A DNA stretch of 64,000 nucleotides, taken from Octopus sinensis. Its lineage: Eukaryota. The position numbers and the translations under genes are program-made. The stretch is from positions 19,778,001-19,842,000 of the forward strand of contig NC_043003.1 of the NCBI RefSeq assembly GCF_006345805.1, in the 5' to 3' direction. Each line of letters begins with the position of its first letter. Position 1 is the stretch's first letter. The notes beneath the pieces were generated by a model that saw only the letters and a program-made list of their open reading frames with translations, ran no database searches and was not told the DNA's origin. Shown here in pieces: positions 25,902 to 39,177 of this stretch.

Positions 25902-26132
25902 AGGCGGCGAGCTGGCAGAAACGTTAGCACGCCGGGCGAAATTCTTAGCGGTATTTCGTCTGCCACTACGTTCTGAGTTCAAATTCCGCCGAGGTCGACT
26001 TTGCCTTTCATCCTTTCGGGGTCGATTAAATAAGTACCAGTTACGCACTGGGGTCGATATAATCAACTTAATCCGTTTGTCTGTCCTTGTTTGTCCCTTC
26101 TGTGTTTAGCCATTTGTGTGTAGTAAAGAAAT
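25902..26132 (+). mobile_element. SINE family B, full length
   Basis: Near-identical to 9710-9940. Confidence 0.92.
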
Positions 26133-26944
26133 AGGTTTTGTTTTTACTACTATTGTTGCAGATACTGTTGCTATCAATGAAATGGTCACGCTACCATCAC
26201 TGCATTTCAGACTTCTGTTGATGGTAATCGTAACAGTCTCTCCACCAATGCATCTCCACCAGTAACACCACGACCACTAACACCACCAGCTATATCGCTA
26301 TTACAACAGTATGAAGAGCTAACGTCGAACACAGTTGTATTATTAGTGTTGCTGGTTGTGATGGCGGTGTTGATTGTAGTGATGCGGTTTTAAGTGGTAG
26401 TAATGGTGGTGCTGCCGATGGTATTGGTGCTGCTGGAAGCAAAAATAGAGCTGCTGTTTTTTTCTGTTTGCGTAGCAAATTGATTTTCCATGTTGTCAGC
26501 GTTGGAGGTGTTGATGCTGGAGAGAGAAGCAATAGTGGTTTCCCTGGCATTTGTATCAGAGGTCTCCATGACCACCCCTTACTCCAGCCTCATGCTGGTT
26601 TGTTACTACTAAGCAGACATCACTCGCATGTCTGTGTGTGCTCGTAACTTCCTCTTTACTGGTACTCTCCATTTGCTTCAGACTGTTTCAATGTTTCTTT
26701 TGCAAAACAAATACTTTTACCAAATTTCACCCCTACCCTACAAAAACACAAACAAACAAAGAAAAAAAAACTAGATTTGATGTCCTTCATTGGAGCAAGA
26801 AGCGGAACTGACTGCTTCTCCACACTCCTGCTGAATCTTGCAACAATATAAACCAGCAACAAAAAACTCTGTCAAGCAAAATTAACAATAATTCAAGAAA
26901 ACTTACACAGCGGTAAATTAGCATGGAATTCAAAATCGAAAACA

Positions 26945-27148
26945 GATAATAATAATGATGATGATGATAATGATGATGAGGAATATGATGATGACGATGA
27001 TTAATAATAATGATAATAATAATAATAATGTCGATGATGATGATAATGATGTTGATGATTAAAATAATAATGATGATGAAATAATGATAAAAATAATACT
27101 ACAAATAATGATGGTAAAAATAATGTCACTACAACAACAACAACAACA

Positions 27149-27187
<39 letters not shown>

Positions 27188-27300
27188 GCTACTGCTGCTG
27201 CTACTGCTCCTGCTGCTACTACTGCTCCTGCTGCTACTACTGCTCCTGCTGCTACTACTGCTCCTGCTGCTACTAATTATTGTAGCAAAAAAACAACAAC
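26945..27300. repeat. Compound trinucleotide repeats (AAT/GAT/CAA/CTA/CTG)
   Basis: Seen directly. Confidence 0.9.
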
Positions 27301-29421
27301 AATGGAATGATATGAAAGATATCGAAGTTATAAACAAATTAAGAAATTAATGAAACGGAAAACTTTTTTGTTAATAAAAAAAAATGATTATTAAACAACT
27401 AGACAAATTGATAGTTTTAATTATTCATCTCCAACTTGATTATAATTTATAATTATTGATTGGAATTACATTTTATTATTGTCAATATGTTTTCATTTAA
27501 AACATTTCAAAACTAAATTAAAACAAAAACAAATAAAAGCAAAAATGTAAACAATTAAAAAAAAATTGAAACCGTCATTCAGATTTGTTTAAGCATTAAT
27601 TTATAAAGACGAATTCGATATGTTTTTAGATTATGCTACTGTAGGGTATATGCACTATGTCTTTTATTGATTTCAGTCATCTGATTGCGGCCATACTGGG
27701 GCAATACCATCATGTGCTTTAATCGATTCCGTCTCCAGTAATTTCTGTTACCGTGTATACTCGCACCAGTAGATAGGTGGCCATCCTTAGTTTGGGGTTG
27801 TCAAAGTAGGTATTTGCAGTTGACTCGCAGATAGGTCGGACTATAATCTGGTGAGTTACAGGACCCCTTTTTTATCGTAAATATAAATAATATTTGAATA
27901 GATGTTGTCAAGAAGACAATGCGCAAACTTCCGGTTTCCGCTTTCTAGTAAGCAGATATCACAAAAATGTTTCCCTTAACAACTTGAAAACTGAAAAGCT
28001 CAGGTCCAGGGTACGCGCCTGGACTACTGATACGCCGCCGCCTACTTCAGATCTCTGTGGTGACGAGTGGATAGGTCGCACCCCTGATTTTTATCCGCGA
28101 GTATATTACAGTTCTTGTTTTGTCTTTCTTATCGAGAAAGAAAGGCAGCGTCAATCGGAGACGAAAAGGGGTATAACCGAGAAGAAACTAAATAATAGGA
28201 GGTATTATTTTTCAAGACATCAATTCTGGAATCTCCTGCTGCTGTTGTTTTTAAGCAACAAGACGGGTAAGGGTGATGTGATTAGGTGATGGTCTAGGGC
28301 TTAGGGTCGGGAGACCCCAGACCTTGGAAAAAAAAAACTTTGGTCGTCTTGTTGTAGTCGAGGGTTTTTCGTTGACGCCCAATACCACTGGGAGGTGGCC
28401 CTCGAAGTCGCTGGAAATGGAGATCTCCAGGTCCAAATTCTTGAACGGCGGAATCTCCTGCTGATACATACAGCTCATATACAGAAGTTGAAACTCGGGA
28501 AACTAAACCAAGTAACCAATCAGATCACTTGCTACCATTCACTACAATATACAGATGTTGGGTAACGTGTGTGCACACGCGCACATACACACATACAGAC
28601 ACAGAAATTTGAATAAATGCATACTGGTAGACAGATGCCAACATCCAGTGTTTGCTATTTCTACGGCAGACAAATCTTCCTAAAATTACATTCCCTTCTC
28701 ATCTGTTTTAAAAAGAACTTTGGATAATGCACTTCTTGATATACAAAAATACAGAGCAGACGTGGTTACGTCACATACTGGTTGAAACTGATAACAGTCT
28801 CTGAGCAGGCGCTTGAACTGCAAGAAACTTCAGCCAAACCTTCCTAAATTATGTACCCAACAGCCTTAAAAAAAAGGAAGGATAGATACCAGCCAGTGAG
28901 TGGTAACTTGAACAGTTAAAAATGCAACAAAATATCCCTCAAATTTCACACATGATAGTCTTAAAAAGAAGGATGCATTGGGAAATGTGCTCCACGAACG
29001 CATTTTACCACCAGATTTGCTCCATCATGGCTAAATCGAAGCTTAACAACAACCATTGTATATTATACATAACATATTAAATCAAACTAATTTGTTTAAT
29101 GTCCGGACTTCCTTCTCCTTCTACAGCATTCGTACGAGGTGGTGAAAGTATTTAAGAAAGAAATCGCAAGACATTGTTTTACAAATTGACTTAAAAACTT
29201 TCAGAAAGAGAGATAGAAAGAGAGAGGAGAGAGAAAGAAAGAAAGAAGGGTTGGGTGAGGAAGAAGAAGGAATTAACTGGAATAAAAAAATATGGCCTCA
29301 AACTACTCTCTAAGATATAAACTTCTATATAAACTTCTATAAAATCGTATGTATCAGCATTATCGAAAGACCCAATGCTTACATCAAAGAAAACCTCTAC
29401 ACCAGAACTACTGGTCTAGGC

Positions 29422-29646
29422 CAGTGGTTCTCAACCATGGAAACCTTTGGTTCCTATTTTACTCTTCTAGACACTCATGTTATATAAAATCCTATTATAT
29501 TTTTATAATTAAACATTATTGGGAATTGTATTTAAAAATTGTTAAATATTTTGCATATTGAAGATGTATAACCAATTTATTGCACAAAACAACAAAATTT
29601 TATATGGAACCTCAAGGGTCATATGGACCCCGGTTGAGAACCAATG
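29422..29646. mobile_element. hAT (Charlie-like) MITE
   Basis: TIRs cagtggttctcaacc / ggttgagaaccaatg; left flank gtctaggc; related internal sequence at ~37075-37215. Confidence 0.75.
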
Positions 29647-29899
29647 ATGTAAGTGGAGTCCTTTCTAAAATTTAGTCTTTATATCGTGTTTTAACTTCTA
29701 TATCATGTATCACGTGATGTAAAATCGAGCGAATTCTAGTGACTTACTTTATAATACTTACAAGATCAACAGATAACAGTCTACAATCTCAAACTGGGTA
29801 AATCTGGCGTTGTTATAACTAACTTTACTGTGCTAAGCTATGACTGCGTTACCTCATAAGGTCAGGTTACTAGTTTTCTTGATACTATTATTAATCTTG

Positions 29900-30145
29900 T
29901 GGAGACGCGTGGCTTAGTGGTTAGGGTGTCAGCATCATGATCATAAGATTGTGGTTTCGATTCCTGGACCGGGCGACGCGTTGTGTTCTTGAGCAAAACA
30001 CTTCATTTCACGTTGCTCCTGTCCATTCAGCTGGCAGAAATAAGTAACGCTGCGTCCCCTCCAGCTGGGGAATACATACGCCATAGAAACCGGGAAACCG
30101 GACCCATGAGCCTGGCTATGCTTTAAAAGGGCGCATTTATTTATA
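29900..30145 (+). mobile_element. SINE family C with TSD
   Basis: A box tggcttagtgg, B box gtttcgattcc; TSD tattattaatct at 29886-29897 and 30149-30160. Confidence 0.88.
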
Positions 30146-30779
30146 TTTTATTATTAATCTAAAGGTACGTCTTTATTAATCTAAAGGTACGGGTATCGTG
30201 TTTCTACCAGCTTGTGATTCGTGAGTCAATTCATGAGAGATATTTAATCGTCTCATATGAGTCGGACATTTCTTTGTATAAATCAGTTGACTAACGGGAA
30301 TGGAAACCAGAATATTTGAGAGAGTTACTTGTCATAGACTGACTTCCTTTCTAGTTGAAAATTTGTCGAACTGCATGAATACTTGCAAATCAAAAATGAA
30401 GCCCTGAATGTTGTAAAAAGAAAAGAAAAAAAGAACTATTGTCGATGTATATCGCCATAGAAGGCCGCAGTGTGGAACCCTTAGAGTGTTCGACAAAGCG
30501 CTGCAAGGTATTTTGTTTTCGTCCCTTAATTATAATGGCAATAGTGGGAATGGTGTTAGCAGTGTAGGCGAAGAACACTCTTCGTTTTAATGATGATGGG
30601 GATGGTTTTAGTGAATGACAATGCTTGGAGGGGGTTATTGTTGTTTGTCAAGGAGGATAATGGTGTTGATAGAAATGGTGGTGATGGTGGCAGTGAATAA
30701 GGCTGATGGTGTTACTGGTATTTGTGAGAAGGAGGCTGATGACATTGATGATGATGGAGGTTATGGTGGTAATAATATT

Positions 30780-32310
30780 GAATCCAAATTTTGGCACAAG
30801 GCCAGTGATTTCGGGGAAGCGGTTAGTCGCTTACAGCGACCCCAGTGTTCAATAGGTACTTATTTTATTGACCACGAGAAGATGAAAGACAGAGCATTTG
30901 AACCCGGCGGCATTTGAACTCAGAATGTAAAGGCAGAAGAAATACCACTAACAATTTTTTTCCGGCGTGGTAATGATTCTTATTTCTTTATTGCCCACAA
31001 GTGGCTAAGCACAGACGGGACAAACAAGGACAGACAAATGGATTACATCGACCCCAGTGGGTAACTGGTACTTAATTTATCGACCCCGAAAGGATGAAAG
31101 GCAAAGTTGACCTCGGCGGAATTTGAACTCAGAACGTAGCGGCAGACGAAATACCTATTTCTTTACTACCCACAAGGAGCTAAGCAGAGAGGGGACAAAC
31201 AAGGACAGACAAACGGATTAAGTGGGTGGTGGCGATCCCTGTTGTACTCTTTCGCCCGAACTTTCTCTCACTTTTACTTCCTGTTTCTTGAGTAACGCTG
31301 CGATGGACTGGAGTCCCGTCCAGCTGGGGGTAACACATACGCCACAGAAACCGGGAAATCGGGCCCATGAGCCTGGCTAGGCTTGAAAAGGGCGCATAAA
31401 TAAATAAATTTCGCCCGGCGTGCTAACGTTTCTGCCAGCTCGCCGCTTTCATGGTTATAATAATACTTGGTCTCAAAATTTGGCACGACACCACTAATAT
31501 TAGGGGAGATGGTAATTCGTTTATATCGACTCCAGTACTCAACTGGTACTTATTTTATCGGTGCCGAAAGAATAAAAGGCAGAGTCGACCGCGGCGGAAT
31601 TTGAACTCAACGTAAAGATGGAAGAAATGTCGCTAAGCATTTTGTCCTGTGTGCTAACTAATCGGCCAGCTCACTACCTTACATTATTATATTATTGATT
31701 TCAAATTTTGGCACAAGGCCAGCAATTTTGAGGGAGAGGATAAGTCGATTACATCGACCCCAGTGTTCAACAGGTACTTATTTTATCGACCCCCCAAAGG
31801 ATGAAAAAAAAAATCAGCCTCGGAGTCATATGAACTCAGAATGTAAAACCAGAACCATGTAAAACCATGAAGAAATGTCGCTAAGTACTTTTCCGGCGCA
31901 GTAACAATTCTTTTCTACTCTAGGCACAAGGCTTGAAACTTTTGGGGAGGGGGCCAGACGATTAGATCGGCCCCAGTACGCAACTGGTACTTAATTTATC
32001 GACCTCGAAAGGATGAAAGGCAAAGTCGACCTCGGCGGAATTTGAACTCAGAACGTAAAGACAGACGAAATATCGCTTAGCATTTTGCCTGAAGCAGTAA
32101 CGATTCTTTTCTACTCTAGGCACAAGGCCGAAACTTTTGGGGAGGGAGCCAGACGATTAGATTGACCTTAACTGGTACTTAATTTATCGACCTCCGAAAG
32201 GATGATAAGCAAAGTCGACCTCGGCGGAATTTGAACTCAGAACGAAAGGACAAACGAAATACTGCTTAGTATTTCGCCCGGTGCAGTAACGATTCTGCCA
32301 GCTCGTCACC
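30780..32310 (-). mobile_element. Nested cluster of about seven SINE B copies plus an E/C hybrid SINE fragment (31224-31408, +)
   Basis: Repeated B cores with alternative tails joined into the heads of neighbouring copies. Confidence 0.88.
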
Positions 32311-32343
32311 GCGGTGGTAATAACGATATTAATGTTAGGAAAG

Positions 32344-32772
32344 TGGAGGCACATGGTCTAGTGGTTAGAGCAGCGGATTCGCGGTCGAGGGTGAATGTAG
32401 CAAGGATGGCACATATGAATGACGAAGCCACCTTGAGCATAATCCTATGAACCCGGAAAAATTTAAAACAGTTACTTACTTGCAAATAACTGTGTTAACA
32501 TGTGACATTATTGACCGAGGTTACCGTGGTATTTTCCGTAGGCTTTTCTTTCCACGGATAAACCTTATCTACTCCTCCCTTTACATCATGACATGACATT
32601 TCTGTGATACACGATCCCTATTGATCGCTTTCTTTCTTTCTTTCTTTTCTTCTTTCCCTTTTACGATCCCTTTTGATCGAAAACCTACCCCATTTTTTTT
32701 CTCTCCAAAAAGAAAAGCTCTACTTTGTAATTTGTCCCGTCTGTGCTCAGCCCTGTGTGGCTAATAAAGAAA
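32344..32772 (+). mobile_element. tRNA-like SINE E head fused to a Tx1/L1-like LINE 3' end
   Basis: 32344-32390 matches the head of 11267; 32391-32450 encodes VNVARMAHMNDEATLSIIL*, similar to VKVAKMARVDGTSLSVDL* of the element at 59365-60405. Confidence 0.7.
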
Positions 32773-32774
32773 CA

Positions 32775-33095
<321 letters not shown>

Positions 33096-33369
33096 GAACT
33101 GCAATCCGAATGAGGTCAGTCTTTTTCTTTTATCTTTAGGGGATCGATATATAGCTGCCGAGTTACTGTGGATCGATTTCATTGACTATACCCTTTCCGT
33201 CCACCAATGCGTGTGGTCATGTGACTCAGAAAGCAAGATATTTCACAAGACACTTGCCTTTTCATTCCGGTTCCTTGAAGTCATTTTTTGCTTTTAGATC
33301 AAATGCTACATTAAACAAACTAATGTTATTGAATTCCAAATATAACACAGGACATAGGAATATCTAAGA

Positions 33370-33471
33370 TATATATATATATATATGTATGTATATATAT
33401 ATATATATATGTATATATTTGTATGTATGTATATTATATATATATATATGTATATATTTGTATGTATGTAT

Positions 33472-33504
<33 letters not shown>

Positions 33505-33553
33505 GTATATATTTGTATGTATGTATATATATATATATATATTTGTATGTATG

Positions 33554-33611
<58 letters not shown>

Positions 33612-33972
33612 GTATATATATATATGTATATATGTATATATGTATATATATATGTATATATATATGTATATATATATATACATATATATATACACACACA
33701 CAGATATATATTTGTCAATATATATGTACATGTATATATGTGTATGTAAGTATATATATATGTATGCACACGCACACATATACTTACATACGTCCGCGTT
33801 GCAACACCCACGTACCGTTCACATACATTATATGTATATACATACATAAAAATACATATATTGCATGTATGTATATATATATATGCATGCATAAATATAT
33901 GTATATATGTATATATATATATATATATACATACTTACATACATACTTACATACATATACATATATATATAT

Positions 33973-34027
<55 letters not shown>

Positions 34028-34060
34028 CATATATATACACACACACACACACATATATAT
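33370..34060. repeat. (TA)n-rich compound microsatellite
   Basis: Seen directly. Confidence 0.95.
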
Positions 34061-34351
34061 ATTGTTTTGAAGACATCTACATCTATTCCATGTAGGTCAC
34101 TCGGGTCCTTCGGGAGGATACTGAAGAGCTGTCGGCCTTTGTATCCCAAGCTATTGCAATATCTGACTTCGTATTTTGATGGCAAGGTAGGAATCTTTGG
34201 TACTATGCAATGGCGTTCTGTTTTGGTGTTAAGCCAAAAGTTTGGGACAACACGTTCCAAGATCTTTAAGATGTATATTACAGTATATCCTTCCCGCCAT
34301 CTTCCTGAAAGTAGCGTCTTAACCTCTCGAGTCTTTCCCAGTAGCTAATCT

Positions 34352-34670
34352 TGGCAAAAATAGACAATCCTGCGACGTACCGGCGTCCCGTCCAGGTGTG
34401 GAATCTGGAAACCTGGACTCGGGAAGAAACTAGTAGAGGCGCGTGGCTTAGTGGCTAGGGTGTTGGATTCACGATCGTAAGATTGTGGTTTCGATTCCTG
34501 GACCGGGCGACCGTTCTGTTCTTGAGCAAAACACTTCATTTCACGTTGCCCCAGTCCATTCAGCTGGCAAAAATGAGTAATCCTCCGACGGACAGACATC
34601 CCATCCCCATGAAACCAGTAAGCCGGCCCTTATGAATCGGCATGTGCCGAGAAGGTAACACTTTACCTTA
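34352..34670 (+). mobile_element. SINE family C with a leading partial 3' copy
   Basis: TSD tagctaatct at 34342-34351 and 34671-34680; head starts near 34435. Confidence 0.8.
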
Positions 34671-34901
34671 TAGCTAATCTGCTACATTTTCGTGAAACTT
34701 CGTTGGATTGTCTTAAGTTTTGCTATTAAGTTTATGCTATGTGGTGACTCTATTATTGGGTGACTATAACAATCAAAACAGCGTAAGATAAATGTCTTGA
34801 AGGAGACCATCATGATTTTTTGATCTCTTTTTCTGAAAGTTGTAAGAATTCATCCGGCCAGCTGCCCGCATTTGATTCCAACTTATTAATATGCACCAGA
34901 A

Positions 34902-35491
34902 GGCGGCGAGCTGGCAGAATCGTTAGGACACCGGGTGAAATGCTTAGCGGTATTTCGTCTGCCGTTACATTTTGAGTTCAAATTCCGCCGAGGTCGACTT
35001 TGCCTTTCATCCTTTCGGGGTCGATAAATTAAGTACCAGTTACGCATTGGGGTCGATATAATCGACTTAATCCGTTTGTCTGTCCTTGTTTGTCTCCTCT
35101 GTGTTTAGCCCCTTGTGGGTAGTAAAGAAATAGGTATTTCGTCTGCCGTTACGTTCTGAGTTCAAATTCCGCCGAGGTCGACTTTGCCTTTCATCCTTTC
35201 GAGGTCGATAAATTAAGTACCAGTTACGCACTGGGGTCGATGTAATCAGTTTGTCCGCCCTTGTTTGTCCCCTCTGTGTTTAGCCCCATGTGGGTAGTAA
35301 AGAAATAGGTATTTCGTCTGCCGTTACGTTCTGAGTTCAAATTCCGCCGAGGTCGACTTTGCCTTTCATTCTTTCGGGGTCGATAAATTAAGTACCAGTT
35401 ACGCATTGGGGTCGATATAATCGACTTAATCCGTTTGTCTGTCCTTGTTTGTCATCTCTGTGTTTAGTCCCTTGTGGGTAGTAAAGAAATA
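34902..35491 (+). mobile_element. Head-to-tail trimer of SINE B
   Basis: Junctions at 35132/35133 and 35307/35308; outer TSD taatatgcaycag at 34887-34899 and 35493-35505. Confidence 0.92.
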
Positions 35492-35928
35492 GTAATATGC
35501 ATCAGTACCCATGTCCATGTCCAAGCCAATGACTGATTGTGATTCTGGCACTGCAGTCCTTTCCGGTCCAGTGTATTTTGTCTTCATTGCATTTAACTTC
35601 GTCAGCTGATAGCGTAGGGATGGGAACTTTCTAGTATTGAACTGCATGTTATTGTTTTCAGACCATTTGTATATTGCACCTATTTGTATATCGCTGCAGG
35701 TGTCAGTATGTTTATGCATATAAATGTTAGATTAATGGATTAAGGCAGAAGTAAAAAGTGGACAAAGTAAATGGAGGGACATAAAGAAAACCATTAAAGT
35801 TAACTACATAAAGAAGCCATCTTGAACACACGCGTAAAAGTGCTTACAGAAGTATACAAATATACGGGTATGTATGTACGTACGTACGTACGTATGTATG
35901 TATGTATATATGTATGTATGAAATCGAC

Positions 35929-36006
<78 letters not shown>

Positions 36007-36329
36007 ATTCGTACTTAGTAATGTAGCGCAAAGAGTGACATAGACACAAGACTAATTCGTGTACTTAAAAATACATTTGTGGACTTAGAAGTAAATATCA
36101 GAAACATGCAGAAATATTTATAGAAACGTGGACAGCTAAGAAACATTTCCATCGTAGATTTTGGCTAAAAGCTATTTAATTGTTGATCAACCGTTCTGTT
36201 AAATAGAAGGGGAAATGCTGAAACTAAAAGTATTTTAGAACAATCAGAAAAAACAACAGTAAACTAACAAACTTATTGTATTAATGACTTGTTTTACTAT
36301 TTCTACCGCAAATATAGTTATAAATAACC

Positions 36330-36541
36330 CTTTCTACTGGAAGCACAAGGTCTCAAATTTGTGCAGAGGGGACTAGTCAATCACATCGACCCCAGTGTTT
36401 CACTGGTGCTTAATTTATCGATTGCGAAAGGATGAAAGGCCAAGTCAATCTAGGCAGAATTTGAACTCAGAACGTAGCGGCAGACGAAATACCGCTCAGC
36501 ATTTCGTCCGGTGTGCTAACGACTCTGCCAGCTCGCCGCCT
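36330..36541 (-). mobile_element. SINE family B
   Basis: B head and core with the alternative tail. Confidence 0.85.
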
Positions 36542-36689
36542 TAAAAAAAACAAAAAAACAAAACAAAACTCATAAATAATGTAGGCGCATTTGAGTGGTC
36601 ACTCTGCGTGCTAAGAATAGCAGCCAAATTTGTTTCAAATCACACACTGATGTGTTTAAAAAAAAGGGGTACTTAGGGTTCTTTAACCT

Positions 36690-37056
36690 TTTGTGTCTTA
36701 CTTGTCTCAGTCATTAGACTACGGCCATGCTAGGGCACCGCCTTGAAGTACTTATTATTGTTTTGAAGCCCAGTACTTATTTTATCGGTCTTTTACCGAA
36801 CCGCTAATAAACGTGGACATAAACATACGAACACCGTTTGTTACGCGATGGGGCGGGGGACAAACACAAACACACACACACACATACATATATGTATAAC
36901 GGGCTTCTTTCCGTTTCCATCTACCAAATCCACTCACAAGGCTTTGGTCGGCCCGGCGCTATAGTAGAAGACAGCCAAGTTGCCAGCAGTGGGACTGAAC
37001 CCGGAACCCTGTGGTTGGTAAGTAAGCTACTTACCACACAGCCACTCCTGTGCCTA
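36690..37056 (-). mobile_element. SINE family A
   Basis: Complete, moderately diverged. Confidence 0.85.
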
Positions 37057-37291
37057 TGAGCCACTCTTGCGATGTATATAAAACAATCTTACTGTATTTT
37101 TATAATTAAATATAAGGAATTGTATTTAAAAAAATGAAAATATTTTGTGTATTGTAGATGTATAAACAACAAATTCTTACATGGACCCCCCCCCCAAAGG
37201 GCCATGTGAATCCCATGAGTTAATGTGGAAGCCTCAGTATGGTCGCAGGACCTTGTAGAAATAGCAGTTAAACCTCCCTCGAATCACACCC

Positions 37292-37830
37292 TCTTTTACT
37301 CTTTTACTTGTTTCAGTCATGTGACTGACCATGCTGGAGCATCACATTTAGTCGAGCAAATCAACTACAGGACTTATTCTTTGTAAGCCTAGTACTTATT
37401 CTATCGGTGTCTTTTGCCGAACCGTTAAGTTACGAGGATGTAAACACACCAGCATCGATTGTCAAGCGATGTTGGGGGGACAAATATAAAGGAGCACTCC
37501 GTCGGTTGCGACGACGAGGGTCTCAGCTGATATGATCAACGGAACAGCTTGCTCGTGAAATTAACGTGTAAGTGGCTGAGCACTTCACAAACACGTGTAC
37601 CCTTAACGTAGTTCTTGGGGAGATTCAGCGTGGCACTGTGTGACAAGGCTGGCCCTTTGAAATACAGGTACTACTCATTTTTGCCAGCTGAGTGGACTGG
37701 AGCGACGTGAAATAAAGAGTCTTGCTCAAGGACACAACGCGCCGCCGGGAATTGAACTCACGACCATACGATTATGAGCCGAATGCCCCTAACCACTAAG
37801 CCACGCGCCTTCATGCGAGGGACAAACATA

Positions 37831-37870
<40 letters not shown>

Positions 37871-38057
37871 CACACATATATATACATATATACGACGGGC
37901 TTCTTTTAGTTTCCGTCAACCAAATCCACTCACAAGGCTTTGGTCGGCACGAGGCTATAGTAGAAGACACTTGCCCAAGGTGCCACGCAGTGGGACTGAA
38001 CCCGGAACTATGTGGTTGGTAAGCAAGCTACTTACCACACAGTCACTCCTACGCCTA
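37292..38057 (-). mobile_element. SINE family A interrupted by SINE D
   Basis: Halves join across 37489-37818; TSD gggacaaayata at 37477-37488 and 37819-37830. Confidence 0.88.
37489..37811 (-). mobile_element. SINE family D, full length
   Basis: Reverse complement matches 761-1047. Confidence 0.88.
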
Positions 38058-38258
38058 CCCTGTCACCTTGAAACAAAAAGAAAAAGAAAAAGAAAAGTAA
38101 GAAAGATTACATTCATTTATATCTTAGATACACAGTCTCGAAAATATGACGGTATTCTCACGGCTGGATTTGCTTAGTCAATGCCGACCTCCAGCTAACT
38201 AACGAGAAACAACGATAGCAACCTCTCCTCTTCCTCCTCCAGTTACTGCTGCTGTTAC

Positions 38259-38264
<6 letters not shown>

Positions 38265-38294
<30 letters not shown>

Positions 38295-38420
38295 CACCAC
38301 CACCACACCCACCACCACCACTGCTACCCCACTACTACTACTACTACCACCACTACCACTACCACTACTGCTACCCCCACTACTACTACTACCACCACCA
38401 CCACCACCACTACTGCTACC

Positions 38421-38460
<40 letters not shown>

Positions 38461-38476
38461 CACTACTGCTACCCCC

Positions 38477-38508
<32 letters not shown>

Positions 38509-38515
38509 CACCACC

Positions 38516-38559
<44 letters not shown>

Positions 38560-38575
38560 TACTACTACTACTACA
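38265..38575. repeat. (CTA)n/(CCA)n compound repeat
   Basis: Seen directly. Confidence 0.95.
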
Positions 38576-39037
38576 GTAAGAATGTAAGAATACATTGAAA
38601 TCTTCGTTTTAAACGGACACTTTAATGGGATTAGACATGTTTGGGATGTCTCCATGTCTTCCGTTGGTTATCTCACCGCAACCGTTTGTATCACAAAGAC
38701 CTGATAGATTTCCGAAATGTAAAAACATGCTTTAGAAACGGGGAAACATGTGGATTATTCAAAGGAAAGATAGACTGTCCTTAGAAGAAGGCTAGTTAAT
38801 TGCATTTTGATATAGCTTGGTGGAAAAGGATGGAGAAGAGAGAAAAGAGAAGAAACGAAGAGAGAAACTGTGATATATAAATTGGGAGAATAACAGTCGG
38901 TGAGCGAAGGAACAGGGCAATTAATAGATAGCTATATTAGAATTTAATTATAATTTACAGACATATTGAAAAATAGGTTACAAATTAGATGCAAATAGTT
39001 CGTTTAGCGTACAGAAAACTTTTAATTAGGAAAGAGG

Positions 39038-39068
<31 letters not shown>

Positions 39069-39106
39069 TATATATTATAGATTATAATATATATTATATA
39101 TTATAT

Positions 39107-39177
<71 letters not shown>

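Larger units (their letters stand above)
34062..35705 (-). mobile_element. CR1/Jockey-group LINE 3' fragment, split by SINE insertions
   Basis: Collinear pieces IYKWSENNNMQFNTRKF (35500-35705), ILTTFRKRD...LKTIQRSFTK (34680-34900), [16 protein letters not shown]...VFK (34062-34300). Confidence 0.8.

Noticed and set aside
27059-27350. Poly-Leu/poly-Ser ORFs (also 32673-33139, 38416-38655)
   Set aside because: Trinucleotide repeats with no splice or homology support.
33790-33825. RPRCNT-encoding snippet resembling the PLE Cys linker
   Set aside because: Too short and embedded in a microsatellite; chance is likely.
34902-35491. CRISPR-like or satellite appearance of regular repeats
   Set aside because: Units are whole SINE bodies without unique spacers; eukaryotic context, no cas genes.
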